A DNA stretch of 64,000 bases from a virus: the IMG/VR virus record IMGVR_UViG_3300020166_000747. One strand, given 5' to 3'. Below are positions 38,673 to 49,854 of the stretch, one piece after another. Positions within the stretch are counted from its first letter, which is position 1; every line of letters starts with the position of its first letter. The position numbers and the translations under genes are program-made. The notes beneath the pieces were generated by a model. It searched no databases and was not told where the DNA came from. It was given only the letters and a program-made list of their open reading frames with translations.

Positions 38673-38989
38673 TGGATTTTGATAGAGACGGTGAATTTGA
38701 TAGGCTCATGGAAGAAATCTTCCCTATGAGTATACCAGCGCAATTTGTTAAGTCAATCATTGTTAAGATGAAAAATGGACAAGACATTGAACTAACTGGA
38801 GATGAACTACTACACCCATTGCCAATGGCAGAGAATATGGGGTGGGATAAACTAGCATCACATTTCGAACAAATAGATGATATTGAAGTACAAATCGATG
38901 TAGATGGCATCAAAGAAAGTGTTGTTATGAATGTACAGAATATTCTTTCAAACCACTTTAATGACGGATCGGGGGGAACAATTGATTAG
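38672..38989 (+). CDS. hypothetical protein
   Basis: Coupled acidic ORF. Confidence 0.65.
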   Translation: MDFDRDGEFDRLMEEIFPMSIPAQFVKSIIVKMKNGQDIELTGDELLHPLPMAENMGWDKLASHFEQIDDIEVQIDVDGIKESVVMNVQNILSNHFNDGSGGTID

Positions 38990-39497
38990 TATGATTTTTG
39001 CCTGTGACAACGCAGGCGGCATTGGATATAAAAATGGTCTACCTTGGCCTCATATTTCAGAAGACTTGCAACATTTTAAACGTATAACTGAAAACAGTGT
39101 AGTAATTATGGGCAGTAACACTTGGGATAGTCTTGGCGGGTTAGCACCTCTCAGAGGCCGTACTAACTATGTTATTACTGTGAAAGGATTGTCAAATTTT
39201 GCAGGTGCCTTCGACTGCTACGATTATACACAGTATACAATGGAAAACATTATCACTGCCATTGATTTTAGGCATCCAGGTAAGGACACAATTATCATAG
39301 GCGGTAAGAAGATTTATGACGAAGCATATAAGTATTGTGATACAATATATATGACAAGAGTTATGGATACATATAAGTGTGATACAGTGGTAGATACTGA
39401 TATGTATCTAGATGGGTTCGAATGTCGCTCTACACGTAGAGTAGCAGGCGACCAGCATAAACCGTCTGTTTCAATTGAACGTTGGGAAAGAGCATGA
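38982..39497 (+). CDS. folA: dihydrofolate reductase
   Basis: GIGYKNGLPW, VIMGSNTWDS, LRGRTN, IIGG; start TTG 38982 or ATG 38991. Confidence 0.93.
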   Translation: MISMIFACDNAGGIGYKNGLPWPHISEDLQHFKRITENSVVIMGSNTWDSLGGLAPLRGRTNYVITVKGLSNFAGAFDCYDYTQYTMENIITAIDFRHPGKDTIIIGGKKIYDEAYKYCDTIYMTRVMDTYKCDTVVDTDMYLDGFECRSTRRVAGDQHKPSVSIERWERA

Positions 39498-40369
39498 GTA
39501 GTAATAACTGGAATGAAGATATGTACTTGGACCTTTTGCATACTGTATTACATACAGGTGAGCAAAGAGGACAAGAACGCACTGGTGTCGGTACGCGGGC
39601 ACGATTTATGTCATGGTTAGACTTTGACTTACGCAATGGATTCCCACTGCTAACAACTAAGAAAGTAGCTTTTAAAAGTGTACTAAGTGAATTACTTTGG
39701 TTCATTGAGGGTTCACAAAATGAACGTAGACTTGCTGAAATTCATTACGGCAAACCACGTACCGAACTCAGAGGTAAAACTACTATCTGGACAGCAAATG
39801 CTGACAATCAAGGAAAAGCCCTTGGTCATTACAATAGTGAAGACAATAAGGACTTAGGTCCAGTATACGGTGTACAATGGCGTAACTGGAATGGTGTAGA
39901 CCAACTTGCTAATGTAATTGAAGGTATTAAAAATGACCCACAGGGACGTAGGCATATTTTAAGTGCGTGGAATGTCTCTGACTTAGACAAGATGGCTCTG
40001 CCGCCATGTCACACATTCTCACAATTCTATGTAAACAATGAGAATGAACTTAATTGCAATCTATATCAGCGTAGTGCAGATTTGTTCTTGGGAGTACCGT
40101 TTAACATTGCAAGCTATGCTCTACTAACACATATGATTGCACATGTATGCGGACTTAAAGTTGGAGATTACTACCACACTATTGGTGATGGTCATATCTA
40201 CAATAATCACGTAGATGCAGTTAACACGCAATTAGAAAGAGAAGCAAAGCCGTTTCCCAAACTAAAGATTATCGGTGAACATAAGTCTATCGATGATTTT
40301 ACTATGGACAGTTTTGAAATTGTAGGTTACGACCCTGAACCGTTTATTAAAGCACCAATGGCAGTTTAG
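39494..40369 (+). CDS. thyA: thymidylate synthase
   Basis: RTGVGT, PLLTTKK, LPPCH, YQRSADLFLGVPFN. Confidence 0.97.
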   Translation: MSSNNWNEDMYLDLLHTVLHTGEQRGQERTGVGTRARFMSWLDFDLRNGFPLLTTKKVAFKSVLSELLWFIEGSQNERRLAEIHYGKPRTELRGKTTIWTANADNQGKALGHYNSEDNKDLGPVYGVQWRNWNGVDQLANVIEGIKNDPQGRRHILSAWNVSDLDKMALPPCHTFSQFYVNNENELNCNLYQRSADLFLGVPFNIASYALLTHMIAHVCGLKVGDYYHTIGDGHIYNNHVDAVNTQLEREAKPFPKLKIIGEHKSIDDFTMDSFEIVGYDPEPFIKAPMAV

Positions 40370-40370
40370 A

Positions 40371-41426
40371 TTATTCTACTGTACTTAGGCCGTCTATAAC
40401 ATCTCCATCGATGACCATATCAACCGGATGTTTTTCTCCATAGAATTCATTTTGTTCCCAGCATTGGTCTTCTTCATTCCAATCAAACCAAGGGCTAACT
40501 GCTAATACATAGTTAGTCCTTTTATGCCCTGGCATCGGCTTTGCTACATATGGCCTGTGTGTTACATATGTATCCCATACATACCAATTTCCGGGAGTAA
40601 ACGATTTTGTTCCGTAATCTTCTATTTCGATACCATATGCATTCTCTGGATTATCAAGTGCTAGGTTTATACGAAGTTCGTAAAACCAGCTTTCATCTCT
40701 ATGCCATAAGTATTTGTTTGCATTCTCTTGCGTTGCTTTATCGTCAATGCCTTTAATTTGAGCAATACGACTACGCACGGGAGAAGACTTAATCCTATCT
40801 CTGAGAGTGCCCAGATATCCATGCCCAGAACATTCACTCCAATTCCTAAACCCCCATGTGTCTGGGTACGTATCTTTGTTGATACGTTCGCCTACATCTT
40901 TTCTATCTTCATACGTATCTAAAAGTTCACTTAGCATCTTATCATCAATTATACCATGTTGATGTAAGTACTTAAAGCCGTGATGCATACCAAACTCTTG
41001 AGTTTCGCTCCACAGGTCTTTATCTAAACGTTTTTCCATGATTTTTTCAAATAGTGAAAAGTTCTTCATAAACAGTTCGTCTGGGATATTATTTCTAGGA
41101 TATCCTAATGTCTGTGCGTTCGATGGAATGTTGCCATATCTATATGTAGGATTAGTTACTAAACTTAATCCGCCATAATTAGAACTTCTAGCAAACTTTC
41201 CTTGATATATATTTAAAAACCCATACCAACCATACTTAACGAATGCATCTTCAATGCTATCTTTTAGTGCATCTATGTCTAACTGTGAATCTTTAAATTC
41301 AAACAGAACACCTTCTTTACTCGGTTTCATTGTTTTTGCATACTTGTCAGTGTCTAGTGTTTCTGCAATCCAAGCATGTACGGCTTTTCTGTCTGGGCAA
41401 TCTTTTATATAAAATCTTTTCTTCAT
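40371..41426 (-). CDS. putative 2OG-Fe(II)/Asp-Asn hydroxylase-like oxygenase
   Basis: WHRD...DTYVTH facial-triad pattern. Confidence 0.6.
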   Translation of the reverse strand: MKKRFYIKDCPDRKAVHAWIAETLDTDKYAKTMKPSKEGVLFEFKDSQLDIDALKDSIEDAFVKYGWYGFLNIYQGKFARSSNYGGLSLVTNPTYRYGNIPSNAQTLGYPRNNIPDELFMKNFSLFEKIMEKRLDKDLWSETQEFGMHHGFKYLHQHGIIDDKMLSELLDTYEDRKDVGERINKDTYPDTWGFRNWSECSGHGYLGTLRDRIKSSPVRSRIAQIKGIDDKATQENANKYLWHRDESWFYELRINLALDNPENAYGIEIEDYGTKSFTPGNWYVWDTYVTHRPYVAKPMPGHKRTNYVLAVSPWFDWNEEDQCWEQNEFYGEKHPVDMVIDGDVIDGLSTVE

Positions 41427-42598
41427 TTCTTATAACTCACATCACCTGGGTAGATCGGAACCATTGCACCAGGCGCGCGTTTTGGGATCTTACTATCTGC
41501 ACTAGATACGCAACTATCTGAAATACATACCTTAGGTGCATCGAACAGTTTAAACCCGCTTTCAATATACCCTAGAGGCTCGTCGGAGCAACTGTAAGAG
41601 CGTTTAATAGACCCATCAGGTTCACGTATGATAATACCCTTAAACCCACTTGTGCAATCCCAGCCTTTAAACTTATTAAAGTTAAACGCATTGAAACGTT
41701 CTGCTTGGTCCATATAGTACTTGTCGCCCTTACTATCTTCAAACTCAACTTGCATGATAGGTGGGACGTTCTTATCATCACCGTTTAACATATCCATCTT
41801 ATACATAGAACCTGTACGAGGTTTTGGACGCTTTGCTTTGATATCATTTGCTTTCGCAATAGTATCAGTATACGCACGTTGCGGCATACCGTTCTGCATC
41901 ATCTTTAATTGTTCATCAGTATAACCATCTACAACACGTGACGCTGTAGGATCGGACTGAGGTTTTAGTGTAACATTGATGCCACGCTTATGAAAGTACA
42001 TTGCATTGTCCCAATCTCTTTCGAACCACTCGGGGACTAGAACCATGTTAATTGTCACTTGCACATCGTGTTCCATACAGAACAACAGCTTATCAGCAAA
42101 TTCTTCCTGCTTTGCATATTCACTGTGGAATGATGCAGTAATACTAGCACGATGAAACTTTGCAACAATATCACAATATGTCTGAAACCAATCCATCTTA
42201 CGTGCCATATTTGTTGTCATATGAACAGAGGTATAATTAGTGTTATCGACATCATCAGCCAAATGCTGCAAAATATCCAGGTATCCTGGATGAAAAGTAG
42301 GCTCACCGCCTGACAGACTAAAATGAAAGCTATTAAAACTGTTATCACGTGCTTGCCTCTTTATTTCATCTATTGTTGCTAAACATAACTCTGTGGGCCT
42401 GTGGTCTTTTCTATCGCTCCTAGCATAAGGCCAGCAGTACGAACACTTGTAATTACAGAAACGTCCTAATAACCAAGATACTGAAAATAAGTCTCTGTAT
42501 AAAAGTGTTCGCTGCCCGACTTTTACAATATCATCGTATGGAGTTGCAGTAAAGTCATATTGTGACCAATAGTCTGCGTCTTTCTTAATCTCTGTCAT
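41423..42598 (-). CDS. radical SAM protein
   Basis: WLLGRFCNYKCSYC, SGGEPT, C-terminal Cys cluster. Confidence 0.92.
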   Translation of the reverse strand: MTEIKKDADYWSQYDFTATPYDDIVKVGQRTLLYRDLFSVSWLLGRFCNYKCSYCWPYARSDRKDHRPTELCLATIDEIKRQARDNSFNSFHFSLSGGEPTFHPGYLDILQHLADDVDNTNYTSVHMTTNMARKMDWFQTYCDIVAKFHRASITASFHSEYAKQEEFADKLLFCMEHDVQVTINMVLVPEWFERDWDNAMYFHKRGINVTLKPQSDPTASRVVDGYTDEQLKMMQNGMPQRAYTDTIAKANDIKAKRPKPRTGSMYKMDMLNGDDKNVPPIMQVEFEDSKGDKYYMDQAERFNAFNFNKFKGWDCTSGFKGIIIREPDGSIKRSYSCSDEPLGYIESGFKLFDAPKVCISDSCVSSADSKIPKRAPGAMVPIYPGDVSYKK

Positions 42599-42600
42599 AT

Positions 42601-44028
42601 TTATACCTTATACTTCTTCATTGCTGTATATAGTTCTGGCAGTTGCCGTTCCATATCTTCATCTCTGATATTATCTAACTTACCATTGTAGTCCCAAAAC
42701 TTCTTATTATTTTCTTCTGTAAACCAATCTTCTCCATACATAAAATTAATGTTAGTATCTAGAAGTTGGTTCATCTTTTCAATTGCCCATTCTCTATTAG
42801 CTGGCTTAATCATTCCCATCATAGCAGGATTCTTTTTTGCTGGACTATGAAAGTCAATAGTATCTACGATACTATCTTTGAATTCTGTTCTGAACGCTTC
42901 CCAACTATCACGTACTTGATCTTTGACATCTTTTGGTAAGAAGCGTGTACTCAATTCGTGTGGTCTATGTATAGGATGTACGTTAGCATAAGGTTTAGGA
43001 TTGTTTTTTAGCATAGGAGATATAACAGCAAAGTCCTGTTGTATCTTCCATTTTAAAAACTCAGGTAAATGAAATGCATTCAATGAGCCGATAGTAAAAG
43101 CGATCCATGCTCTAAACTTCATTGTTTCTGTGCCAACTTCATCTAGCTTCTTTAGATTTTTTTCTATTAGTTTCGACTTTAGCGGATTACGTACATACTC
43201 TAGTGTATCACCTATGCCGTCCATTGAGATACCAAACTGCACTTGCTTAAATTCTGACCACAGTTCTAATGCACGTGGCTGAATATTAGTAAGGTTTGTA
43301 TTGTATTCTAGTGTAATATCCTTAGAATATCCTTTTTCTACACAATGATTAAGGAATTCATAATGACGTTCAATAATTAGTGGCTCTCCACCAACTAGAT
43401 ATACATGTTGCATACCAGCGACATTGTTTTCTAAATTTTCCCAGAAATGGTCACGATGTACCCAATCATAGTCATCAGCAACGAACTTGCCCTTTTCATT
43501 CTTATACATTTCTACGATGCCATGGGTGTCTTTGAATCTGTTTGTCCCCCACATCTTCACGTAATCATCATACCATGCACTTGAATCCATTGGAGAACAC
43601 ATACGACACTTTAGATTACAAAAGTTACCTAAACGAATATCGTAATAAGTTTGTTTGATGTGGTCTAAGTCAATTTTGCCGTGTTCATCTGTATGCTTAA
43701 CTGCATCTTCCCAAGTAATATGTTTAGCAAATCTTTCACCATCATTAATGCGGCGCGATTTCATACCTGCTTTTTCTTCACGTACACAACGTACACATTC
43801 AGGATGCCATTCCCCATCTAACATAGTCTTGCGAATTTCTTTGGCAAGGGGTGAGTTAATAGCATCAGTGATATTATCACGATGCAAGTTATAATTTTTA
43901 CCGTCTTCCTTCTTATATATTCCTCGTGTTGGTCCCTGATTAGCATGACAACAAACTCTCAAGTCACCGTTTGCACGTGTTGAAATATTAATCCAAGGAA
44001 GAATACAGAATGTATCACTCTTTTGCAT
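42601..44028 (-). CDS. twitch-domain radical SAM protein
   Basis: FCILPW, VCC, CVRC, CNLKCRMC, GGEP. Confidence 0.92.
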   Translation of the reverse strand: MQKSDTFCILPWINISTRANGDLRVCCHANQGPTRGIYKKEDGKNYNLHRDNITDAINSPLAKEIRKTMLDGEWHPECVRCVREEKAGMKSRRINDGERFAKHITWEDAVKHTDEHGKIDLDHIKQTYYDIRLGNFCNLKCRMCSPMDSSAWYDDYVKMWGTNRFKDTHGIVEMYKNEKGKFVADDYDWVHRDHFWENLENNVAGMQHVYLVGGEPLIIERHYEFLNHCVEKGYSKDITLEYNTNLTNIQPRALELWSEFKQVQFGISMDGIGDTLEYVRNPLKSKLIEKNLKKLDEVGTETMKFRAWIAFTIGSLNAFHLPEFLKWKIQQDFAVISPMLKNNPKPYANVHPIHRPHELSTRFLPKDVKDQVRDSWEAFRTEFKDSIVDTIDFHSPAKKNPAMMGMIKPANREWAIEKMNQLLDTNINFMYGEDWFTEENNKKFWDYNGKLDNIRDEDMERQLPELYTAMKKYKV

Positions 44029-45241
44029 ATTCGTTCATCTCCGTATCTTCAAAGTTTTGCTCACCGTTGCCTCTGAAATCTAATTCTTTGCCACAAGTCT
44101 TACCGCATATCCAAAGACGTTCTTGTGAGTTAGTATTCCAGCTTGAAACTAAATCGTTTGAGAAGTATGGTGACTTTAAGATTTCAAAGATACTATGCTT
44201 TGATAGATTATTAAAGTCAGCTCCATACTTTTCCCACATATCTTTGTTATCTTCAATGCGTCTTGGCGTTGCCATGTCATGACCAATCTTACTGTAGTAA
44301 TGTCCCTGCCAACAGCACGGCCAAACTTTACCTTGATAGTCAACAAAGATACTTTTATCTCTTGCTGTTTGGCATTCTATCTCTGTTGTATTTACATAAT
44401 TATCAAAGCTCTTGTGTTTCTTGATAACTGCATCTACTTTCTCTGTAGTGTTAGCTTGCTTCTTTGGTGCAGCAAGAATAGTCTCTAATGCTTTTTCTTT
44501 TTGTTCTGTAGTCTTTTCTTGCTTTTTCTTTTGCGCTACATGTTGTTTAGCAACGAACTGAATCTCTGTACGCTTAACAATCTGCTCTTGTTCTTCGCCA
44601 TCATAATGTGTTGGGATTACATAACGATTTGATTTCTTATAGCGAAACTTGACAAAGCCCATGTCTTCTGCTAGTTGTCGTGCTTCTTCAATTTGATGTT
44701 CATTGTGCGCAAAACCAATGTAATCCCAACGTGCAATCCCGCCGGCGGCGATGAATGCTTTTGAATTGCGCATAATCGTTGACCATTTAGAGTTTACACG
44801 ATACAAGTGATTAGTATCTTCTAATCCATCAATAGCAAAGATTACCTTGTCTGGTTTTCGCATGATAGTAGCAAGCTCAGTCCACCATGCTTCTGTCTGT
44901 GCTGAACCATTTGTACTAAGTGTTACTTGTGGTACTCCCATATCTTTGCACATCTTAACTACTTCAAGTAGATAAGGATACATAATAGGATCACCATAGT
45001 TACCATTGATAAAGACATGATTGGGAAGAAACGGCTTAGTGTCTTCTAATATCTGTTGAATTAGTCTAGGATCAGTGTCAGTTAAGTCTAAGTCATCACG
45101 CTTTCGGAGATTTCCATCGTCCCCATCCATTCCGGTTGTTCTTCCGCACATAGGACATAGCAAATTGCATCTAGAAGTTAATTCTAAATGTAATACACCG
45201 ATGTTAAAGTCTATATACTTTAAGTTCTCTGATTTCGCCAT
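44015..45241 (-). CDS. radical SAM/SPASM-type protein
   Basis: CNLLCPMC, GNYGDP, PCCW, CGKTC. Confidence 0.92.
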   Translation of the reverse strand: MAKSENLKYIDFNIGVLHLELTSRCNLLCPMCGRTTGMDGDDGNLRKRDDLDLTDTDPRLIQQILEDTKPFLPNHVFINGNYGDPIMYPYLLEVVKMCKDMGVPQVTLSTNGSAQTEAWWTELATIMRKPDKVIFAIDGLEDTNHLYRVNSKWSTIMRNSKAFIAAGGIARWDYIGFAHNEHQIEEARQLAEDMGFVKFRYKKSNRYVIPTHYDGEEQEQIVKRTEIQFVAKQHVAQKKKQEKTTEQKEKALETILAAPKKQANTTEKVDAVIKKHKSFDNYVNTTEIECQTARDKSIFVDYQGKVWPCCWQGHYYSKIGHDMATPRRIEDNKDMWEKYGADFNNLSKHSIFEILKSPYFSNDLVSSWNTNSQERLWICGKTCGKELDFRGNGEQNFEDTEMNEYAKE

Positions 45242-46812
45242 CTCATAAACACTTTTTCTGGCATACTATTATATGCGTTATTTAATTCTGATACTTGCAT
45301 TCCTCGCGTAGGAGACCCGTCCCAATCTGCACTATGAACACGCATACGCGCATTAATCTCTGACAGGTCATTCATGAATTTAGAATAAACCTCTCTGCGT
45401 TCTTCATATGATAGAACCCAAGTTGTATAACGTGTAGTAATGTAGTTACTACTCCATAATACATCATCAAAGTTATCATCTGGTTCTTCGATTATATTCA
45501 ATAAAGAACTCCAATCTCTTATGAGATTAGACTGTGTATATGTAGTTTCATTATGTCTTACACGCTCAAAGAATTCGTACCATTCTTCCATGCTATCAAA
45601 AATACGTAGGATACTTGCTTCATATGCATCTTTCGCACGTTCTCTTTCACTTGCCCAATCTTCTGATTCATAGTCAAAGTCTTCGTAAATAGAGATTAGC
45701 CCTATATCTTTATTATAATAGTTTTCTTTCAAAAAGTCAAGATACATATTGAAGTTTCTTGGATCCCATTCTTCATTTACCCACTTACGTACATTAAGTG
45801 CATTCTGTGAGATATCAAAGTATTTAACCTTTACATCGTCAATACTTGTATCGGCATGCCAATTTCTCATGAATGCGAATGTTTTGAAACCTGCTGCAAC
45901 TGAATATAAATTTCGCAGTGGCTTCTTTGATGGTACAAATTTAATATCATCAATACTTTCAGTGTTTAGAATCCACATGGCATGCGGTGACCGTTCTACT
46001 GTAAACTGTTGGTAATCTAGGAAATCTTTCTTTGTGCCATCAAGTGGCGTGTCCCACTTCTTAAAGTTTGCACAATCTTCTCTAAAGAACTTTTTAAATT
46101 CTGCTTGTTCTTCTTTGATTTCTGGATACACATATGTTTTTGTTGCGCGTGCCGATTCATCAAAGTTAGGAACAGACAGTCCCATTTTTAAGCTCTCGTT
46201 AATGAAGTTCCACCCAAAGCCAGTACGTTTGATTTCTTCTTGTGCTGGGCCGGGAGCTAGATACTTAGGTGTATGACTATCATGAAAGTTTTCTGTACTA
46301 CGAATAGCTTGTCTTACTTCTGTCTTTTTAACACTGAAATCGCCAAACAACGGTTCTCCAAGTTCTTTCCATAGCTTATAATTAATAACAAAGCATTGCT
46401 CATGTAACCTAAACCAACGATCCTTATGTTGTTCATCAAGAATATGCCCCATTACTAGAAACTTATTCTGTTGCGCCATTGGTAGATATTCATGATTACA
46501 GTATTCTCTAAAAAGACTATAACCATGCTCAAGCGGTTTCCAAGCATCATATAAAAAATTACCATATGCTTGCACGACAACCATATCAATGTTTGATTCT
46601 TTTTCATCAGTCTTTACAGCTTGTAAAATTTTATCTACTGAATTTTCTTCATAGATTGGATGCTTAAAGAAACTGTAATTGTTTCTTAAAAAATTATAAG
46701 TAATCGCTCTCATATAATTACTGATTTCATCATCACCAATCGTTTTAGATGTGTCTAGTACTGCACATCTAATCTGTGGCATGAAGTTGTAAGAGCGTTG
46801 ATTTTTCTTCAT
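45220..46812 (-). CDS. uncharacterised 530-aa enzyme
   Basis: Long ORF in the operon; C-half YSVAAG...YFDIS suggests a Rossmann-like fold. Confidence 0.6.
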   Translation of the reverse strand: MKKNQRSYNFMPQIRCAVLDTSKTIGDDEISNYMRAITYNFLRNNYSFFKHPIYEENSVDKILQAVKTDEKESNIDMVVVQAYGNFLYDAWKPLEHGYSLFREYCNHEYLPMAQQNKFLVMGHILDEQHKDRWFRLHEQCFVINYKLWKELGEPLFGDFSVKKTEVRQAIRSTENFHDSHTPKYLAPGPAQEEIKRTGFGWNFINESLKMGLSVPNFDESARATKTYVYPEIKEEQAEFKKFFREDCANFKKWDTPLDGTKKDFLDYQQFTVERSPHAMWILNTESIDDIKFVPSKKPLRNLYSVAAGFKTFAFMRNWHADTSIDDVKVKYFDISQNALNVRKWVNEEWDPRNFNMYLDFLKENYYNKDIGLISIYEDFDYESEDWASERERAKDAYEASILRIFDSMEEWYEFFERVRHNETTYTQSNLIRDWSSLLNIIEEPDDNFDDVLWSSNYITTRYTTWVLSYEERREVYSKFMNDLSEINARMRVHSADWDGSPTRGMQVSELNNAYNSMPEKVFMRWRNQRT

Positions 46813-47609
46813 TGTGTCACTTTATTCCAACTGTTTAGTATTAAATCTTCAAATTCTTTTCCGCCATACTGTCCATGAACAATCATATGTACACGAACTT
46901 CATCTGTGTCATTCATCACAGCATGTTTGTGTCCTACATTCATCTTAAACATTTTGCCTGGCTTCCACGGAACATACGCATTGTCATCAATCATTTTAAA
47001 GTAACAATGCTCTGGGTTGTTCAACGATATATTTAGCGGTCCTAATTTGTCGTGTTCGTAATCAGTATGCGGAGTGATATAACCGCCTGGTTCTAGATAC
47101 ATGAAACGTACTCGATCAAACGCATTATATCCGGGGATAGATTTAATCATCTCTACTGTTGTTGGGCATTTATCTGCAATCTCTGTCCAGCCATATGCTT
47201 TACGTGCTTCATATTCGTTTTCATATGTAAACCCGGCTGCAATTACATCTTTACTATCCCAATGTTGTGATATGTGCTTGTGTAACCCATGTAGAGTCAG
47301 GGAGCGCCAACCACGATGCCCATAATCGTTTGGATCATTTTCATCATAGTCATTTGAACGATGCTGAATTGCCTCATCATAGACTTCCATCGCCTCATCA
47401 TAGCATTTCTTCCAATCAAACTCTGGGACATCTAATTCAAGCCAAGGTATACTAGACTCATGTGTTACCCACTTTGATTTTCTAAAACGTGCAGTTGGTG
47501 GGAACATAGGCTCATTCATCATAGCATCTACAAACGAACCTGGCATTGTATCAAAGCTATAACTATTTCTATCTTTGAAATGTTCTTCTATTGTTTTTGG
47601 ATAATCCAT
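46809..47609 (-). CDS. aspartyl/asparaginyl beta-hydroxylase-like 2OG-Fe(II) oxygenase
   Basis: LEPGGYITPHTD...KHAVMN...RVHMIVH. Confidence 0.85.
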   Translation of the reverse strand: MDYPKTIEEHFKDRNSYSFDTMPGSFVDAMMNEPMFPPTARFRKSKWVTHESSIPWLELDVPEFDWKKCYDEAMEVYDEAIQHRSNDYDENDPNDYGHRGWRSLTLHGLHKHISQHWDSKDVIAAGFTYENEYEARKAYGWTEIADKCPTTVEMIKSIPGYNAFDRVRFMYLEPGGYITPHTDYEHDKLGPLNISLNNPEHCYFKMIDDNAYVPWKPGKMFKMNVGHKHAVMNDTDEVRVHMIVHGQYGGKEFEDLILNSWNKVTQ

Positions 47610-48271
47610 TATTCTAATCTCCCAAATGCCCATTTACGTTCTTCGCACCACCAACATTCACCACAATGCCCAAGTCCGGGGTCTTCTATTTTTTCAAAAT
47701 AATCACTTGTAGGATCATATTCGCAACTACGTGTAATACTATATAAATCTTCTAGTAGATTTTCTTCATTATACATTTTTGCAATTGATCTTTTATCTAC
47801 GTTTGTCCATGGTGTATATGCAACGCCATTGACGATAAACGGCTTAATTACTCCAGGATTACGCTTTGTCTCTGTAATCTTTAATTTAAAATTATCTGAT
47901 ATATTAGTCGGCGGGTTCTCTGTTATGCCAGTGTATAGCATTTTTATAACGCCATTATCTATATAAGGTCTCAGCTTTGGAAATAGTGTCTCAGAACTCT
48001 GTACTTCACAGTATGAAATATGATGCTCTATATTACTGTTGCCTGTTAATTGAATACAACGTTCAACTACTTTAGTAGCGACCTCTACGTTATGTCTGCT
48101 ACGTTGATTATTACCAGTAGAGAATATATAAATCTTATCTTCGCAATGCTTCATTAGGTTATACAAAAGTATAGAGCTATCTGCTCCTCCGCTACAGCTT
48201 ACGCCTACCGGTCCTTCATATATATCTAAATTCACACCAGATACATCGATAGATTTAATTACTCTAGTCAA
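47609..48271 (-). CDS. QueC-like PP-loop ATPase
   Basis: SGGADS PP-loop; TRSC...HCGECWWC Zn motif. Confidence 0.8.
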   Translation of the reverse strand: MTRVIKSIDVSGVNLDIYEGPVGVSCSGGADSSILLYNLMKHCEDKIYIFSTGNNQRSRHNVEVATKVVERCIQLTGNSNIEHHISYCEVQSSETLFPKLRPYIDNGVIKMLYTGITENPPTNISDNFKLKITETKRNPGVIKPFIVNGVAYTPWTNVDKRSIAKMYNEENLLEDLYSITRSCEYDPTSDYFEKIEDPGLGHCGECWWCEERKWAFGRLE

Positions 48272-49820
48272 TATCTAACTCCTGCTGATTGACGTGGAAC
48301 CCACTATCTTCTAATTCTTTTAATAGTCTGTCATCGAACTCGCCGTCCCAATCATCACCAGCTTCTGGTGTCCAATCTAGTAATGGTGCCATCTCTGGGA
48401 ACACATCTCTAAAGTTTGTATCTCTAATAGCATCCATCTTTTCAATATACTCAATAAATTCTGGCATACGCTCACGTGACCAGTCGCCACTATTCATAAA
48501 TGATATCATACCTTTAAGTCTTCGCACACCATATGCGGCATGTAACCACTCATCTTTGCTCGTCTGTGTCTCTGTTACGCCATCACATTTTTCCCAGTTG
48601 TCTTCAAGCCACTCAATAAAGGTATCAAATTTAGCTTCACACATTTGCTTGAACCAGTTAGGAAGAACTTTAACATTCAAATGTGGTGGGTGATAAACAA
48701 AATGATAGTTAATCATACCTGCACCCAGTGGCCACAGATTGATTTTCTTAAAGTTTTGCTCAATTTTCCACTTGACAAAATCAGGTAAGTAGTATATGTT
48801 TAGTGCTTGTACGGCACACGCTACTGTTACTTCTACATTAGGACCCGTATTGTCTAGTACATGAAACATGTCTACTGTATGTTGCCATGTTGATGGGAAA
48901 CGAATATAATCGTTCATCTCACTAATCGAGTCAACTGAGTAATGAAAACGTACACGCTTGAACAGTTTCCACAAGTCGAACAAACGCTGTGGCATCTCTA
49001 AACCATTGGAGTTATAGCGTAGTTCAATCTGCGGAGCATAACCTCTACGAACAACTTCTTCAAGTAGAGTGTAATGTTCTTCGATGATAGTCGCTTCGCC
49101 ACCAGCAAAATACAATTGCTTCATGTGTGGGATTTGTTCATATAACTGTTCCCAAAACGCTTCGTTCTTTTTATGCCAGTTGTAACTTGCACCATCAATC
49201 TGACCTTTGTTACCCCATTGCATTGTTTCTTTCAGTGATTCATTCTCAATAGTCGGATGCAGTTTAAGCCAATCTTTAACCCACATTGAACTATCATGTG
49301 GCGAACACATAATACATTTCAAGTTACATTTACTGCCAAGACGTAAATCTAAGTATCTGATCTTCGGAGGGATTTCGCCTTCGTCAGATGTCTCATCGAT
49401 GATTTGCTCCATATCTACTCTACGTGACCAGTACTCAGTTTCCCAAAAACGCTTAGACATGTGACCAGCATCTTCTTCATTATAACATTTAATACATGAT
49501 GGTGGTTTCTTATTATTAAGCATCTGCATACGCACATTTTTCATGTAATCGTTGTTCCAACTAGACATTAAGTCTGTGTGATTCAAGTTAGCAGGTTTAC
49601 CATCGGCATTTTTTAAAACACCAACTTCGCCACCGTGTTCTTTGTCGTTAGTCGCGCCAACCGAACTCGCATTCGCTGTACAACAAACACGCATATGTCC
49701 ATTTGGGCGAGTAGACAAATGAACCCATGGCAATAAGCAAAACGTATCGCTAGGTGCATGTGGTACTCGTTTACGAAACTCTGCTAAATTCTTATTAAGT
49801 TCTTCTGATTTGTCAGACAT
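48264..49820 (-). CDS. twitch-domain radical SAM protein
   Basis: FCLLPW, VCC, CIKC, CNLKCIMC. Confidence 0.92.
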   Translation of the reverse strand: MSDKSEELNKNLAEFRKRVPHAPSDTFCLLPWVHLSTRPNGHMRVCCTANASSVGATNDKEHGGEVGVLKNADGKPANLNHTDLMSSWNNDYMKNVRMQMLNNKKPPSCIKCYNEEDAGHMSKRFWETEYWSRRVDMEQIIDETSDEGEIPPKIRYLDLRLGSKCNLKCIMCSPHDSSMWVKDWLKLHPTIENESLKETMQWGNKGQIDGASYNWHKKNEAFWEQLYEQIPHMKQLYFAGGEATIIEEHYTLLEEVVRRGYAPQIELRYNSNGLEMPQRLFDLWKLFKRVRFHYSVDSISEMNDYIRFPSTWQHTVDMFHVLDNTGPNVEVTVACAVQALNIYYLPDFVKWKIEQNFKKINLWPLGAGMINYHFVYHPPHLNVKVLPNWFKQMCEAKFDTFIEWLEDNWEKCDGVTETQTSKDEWLHAAYGVRRLKGMISFMNSGDWSRERMPEFIEYIEKMDAIRDTNFRDVFPEMAPLLDWTPEAGDDWDGEFDDRLLKELEDSGFHVNQQELDID

Positions 49821-49846
49821 GTTAACTCCAATTTTAATTATATACG

Positions 49847-49854
49847 TATTTATT
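49847..49854 (-). promoter_or_regulatory. late promoter-like AATAAATA
   Basis: Minus-strand motif upstream of the 49820 gene. Confidence 0.45.
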
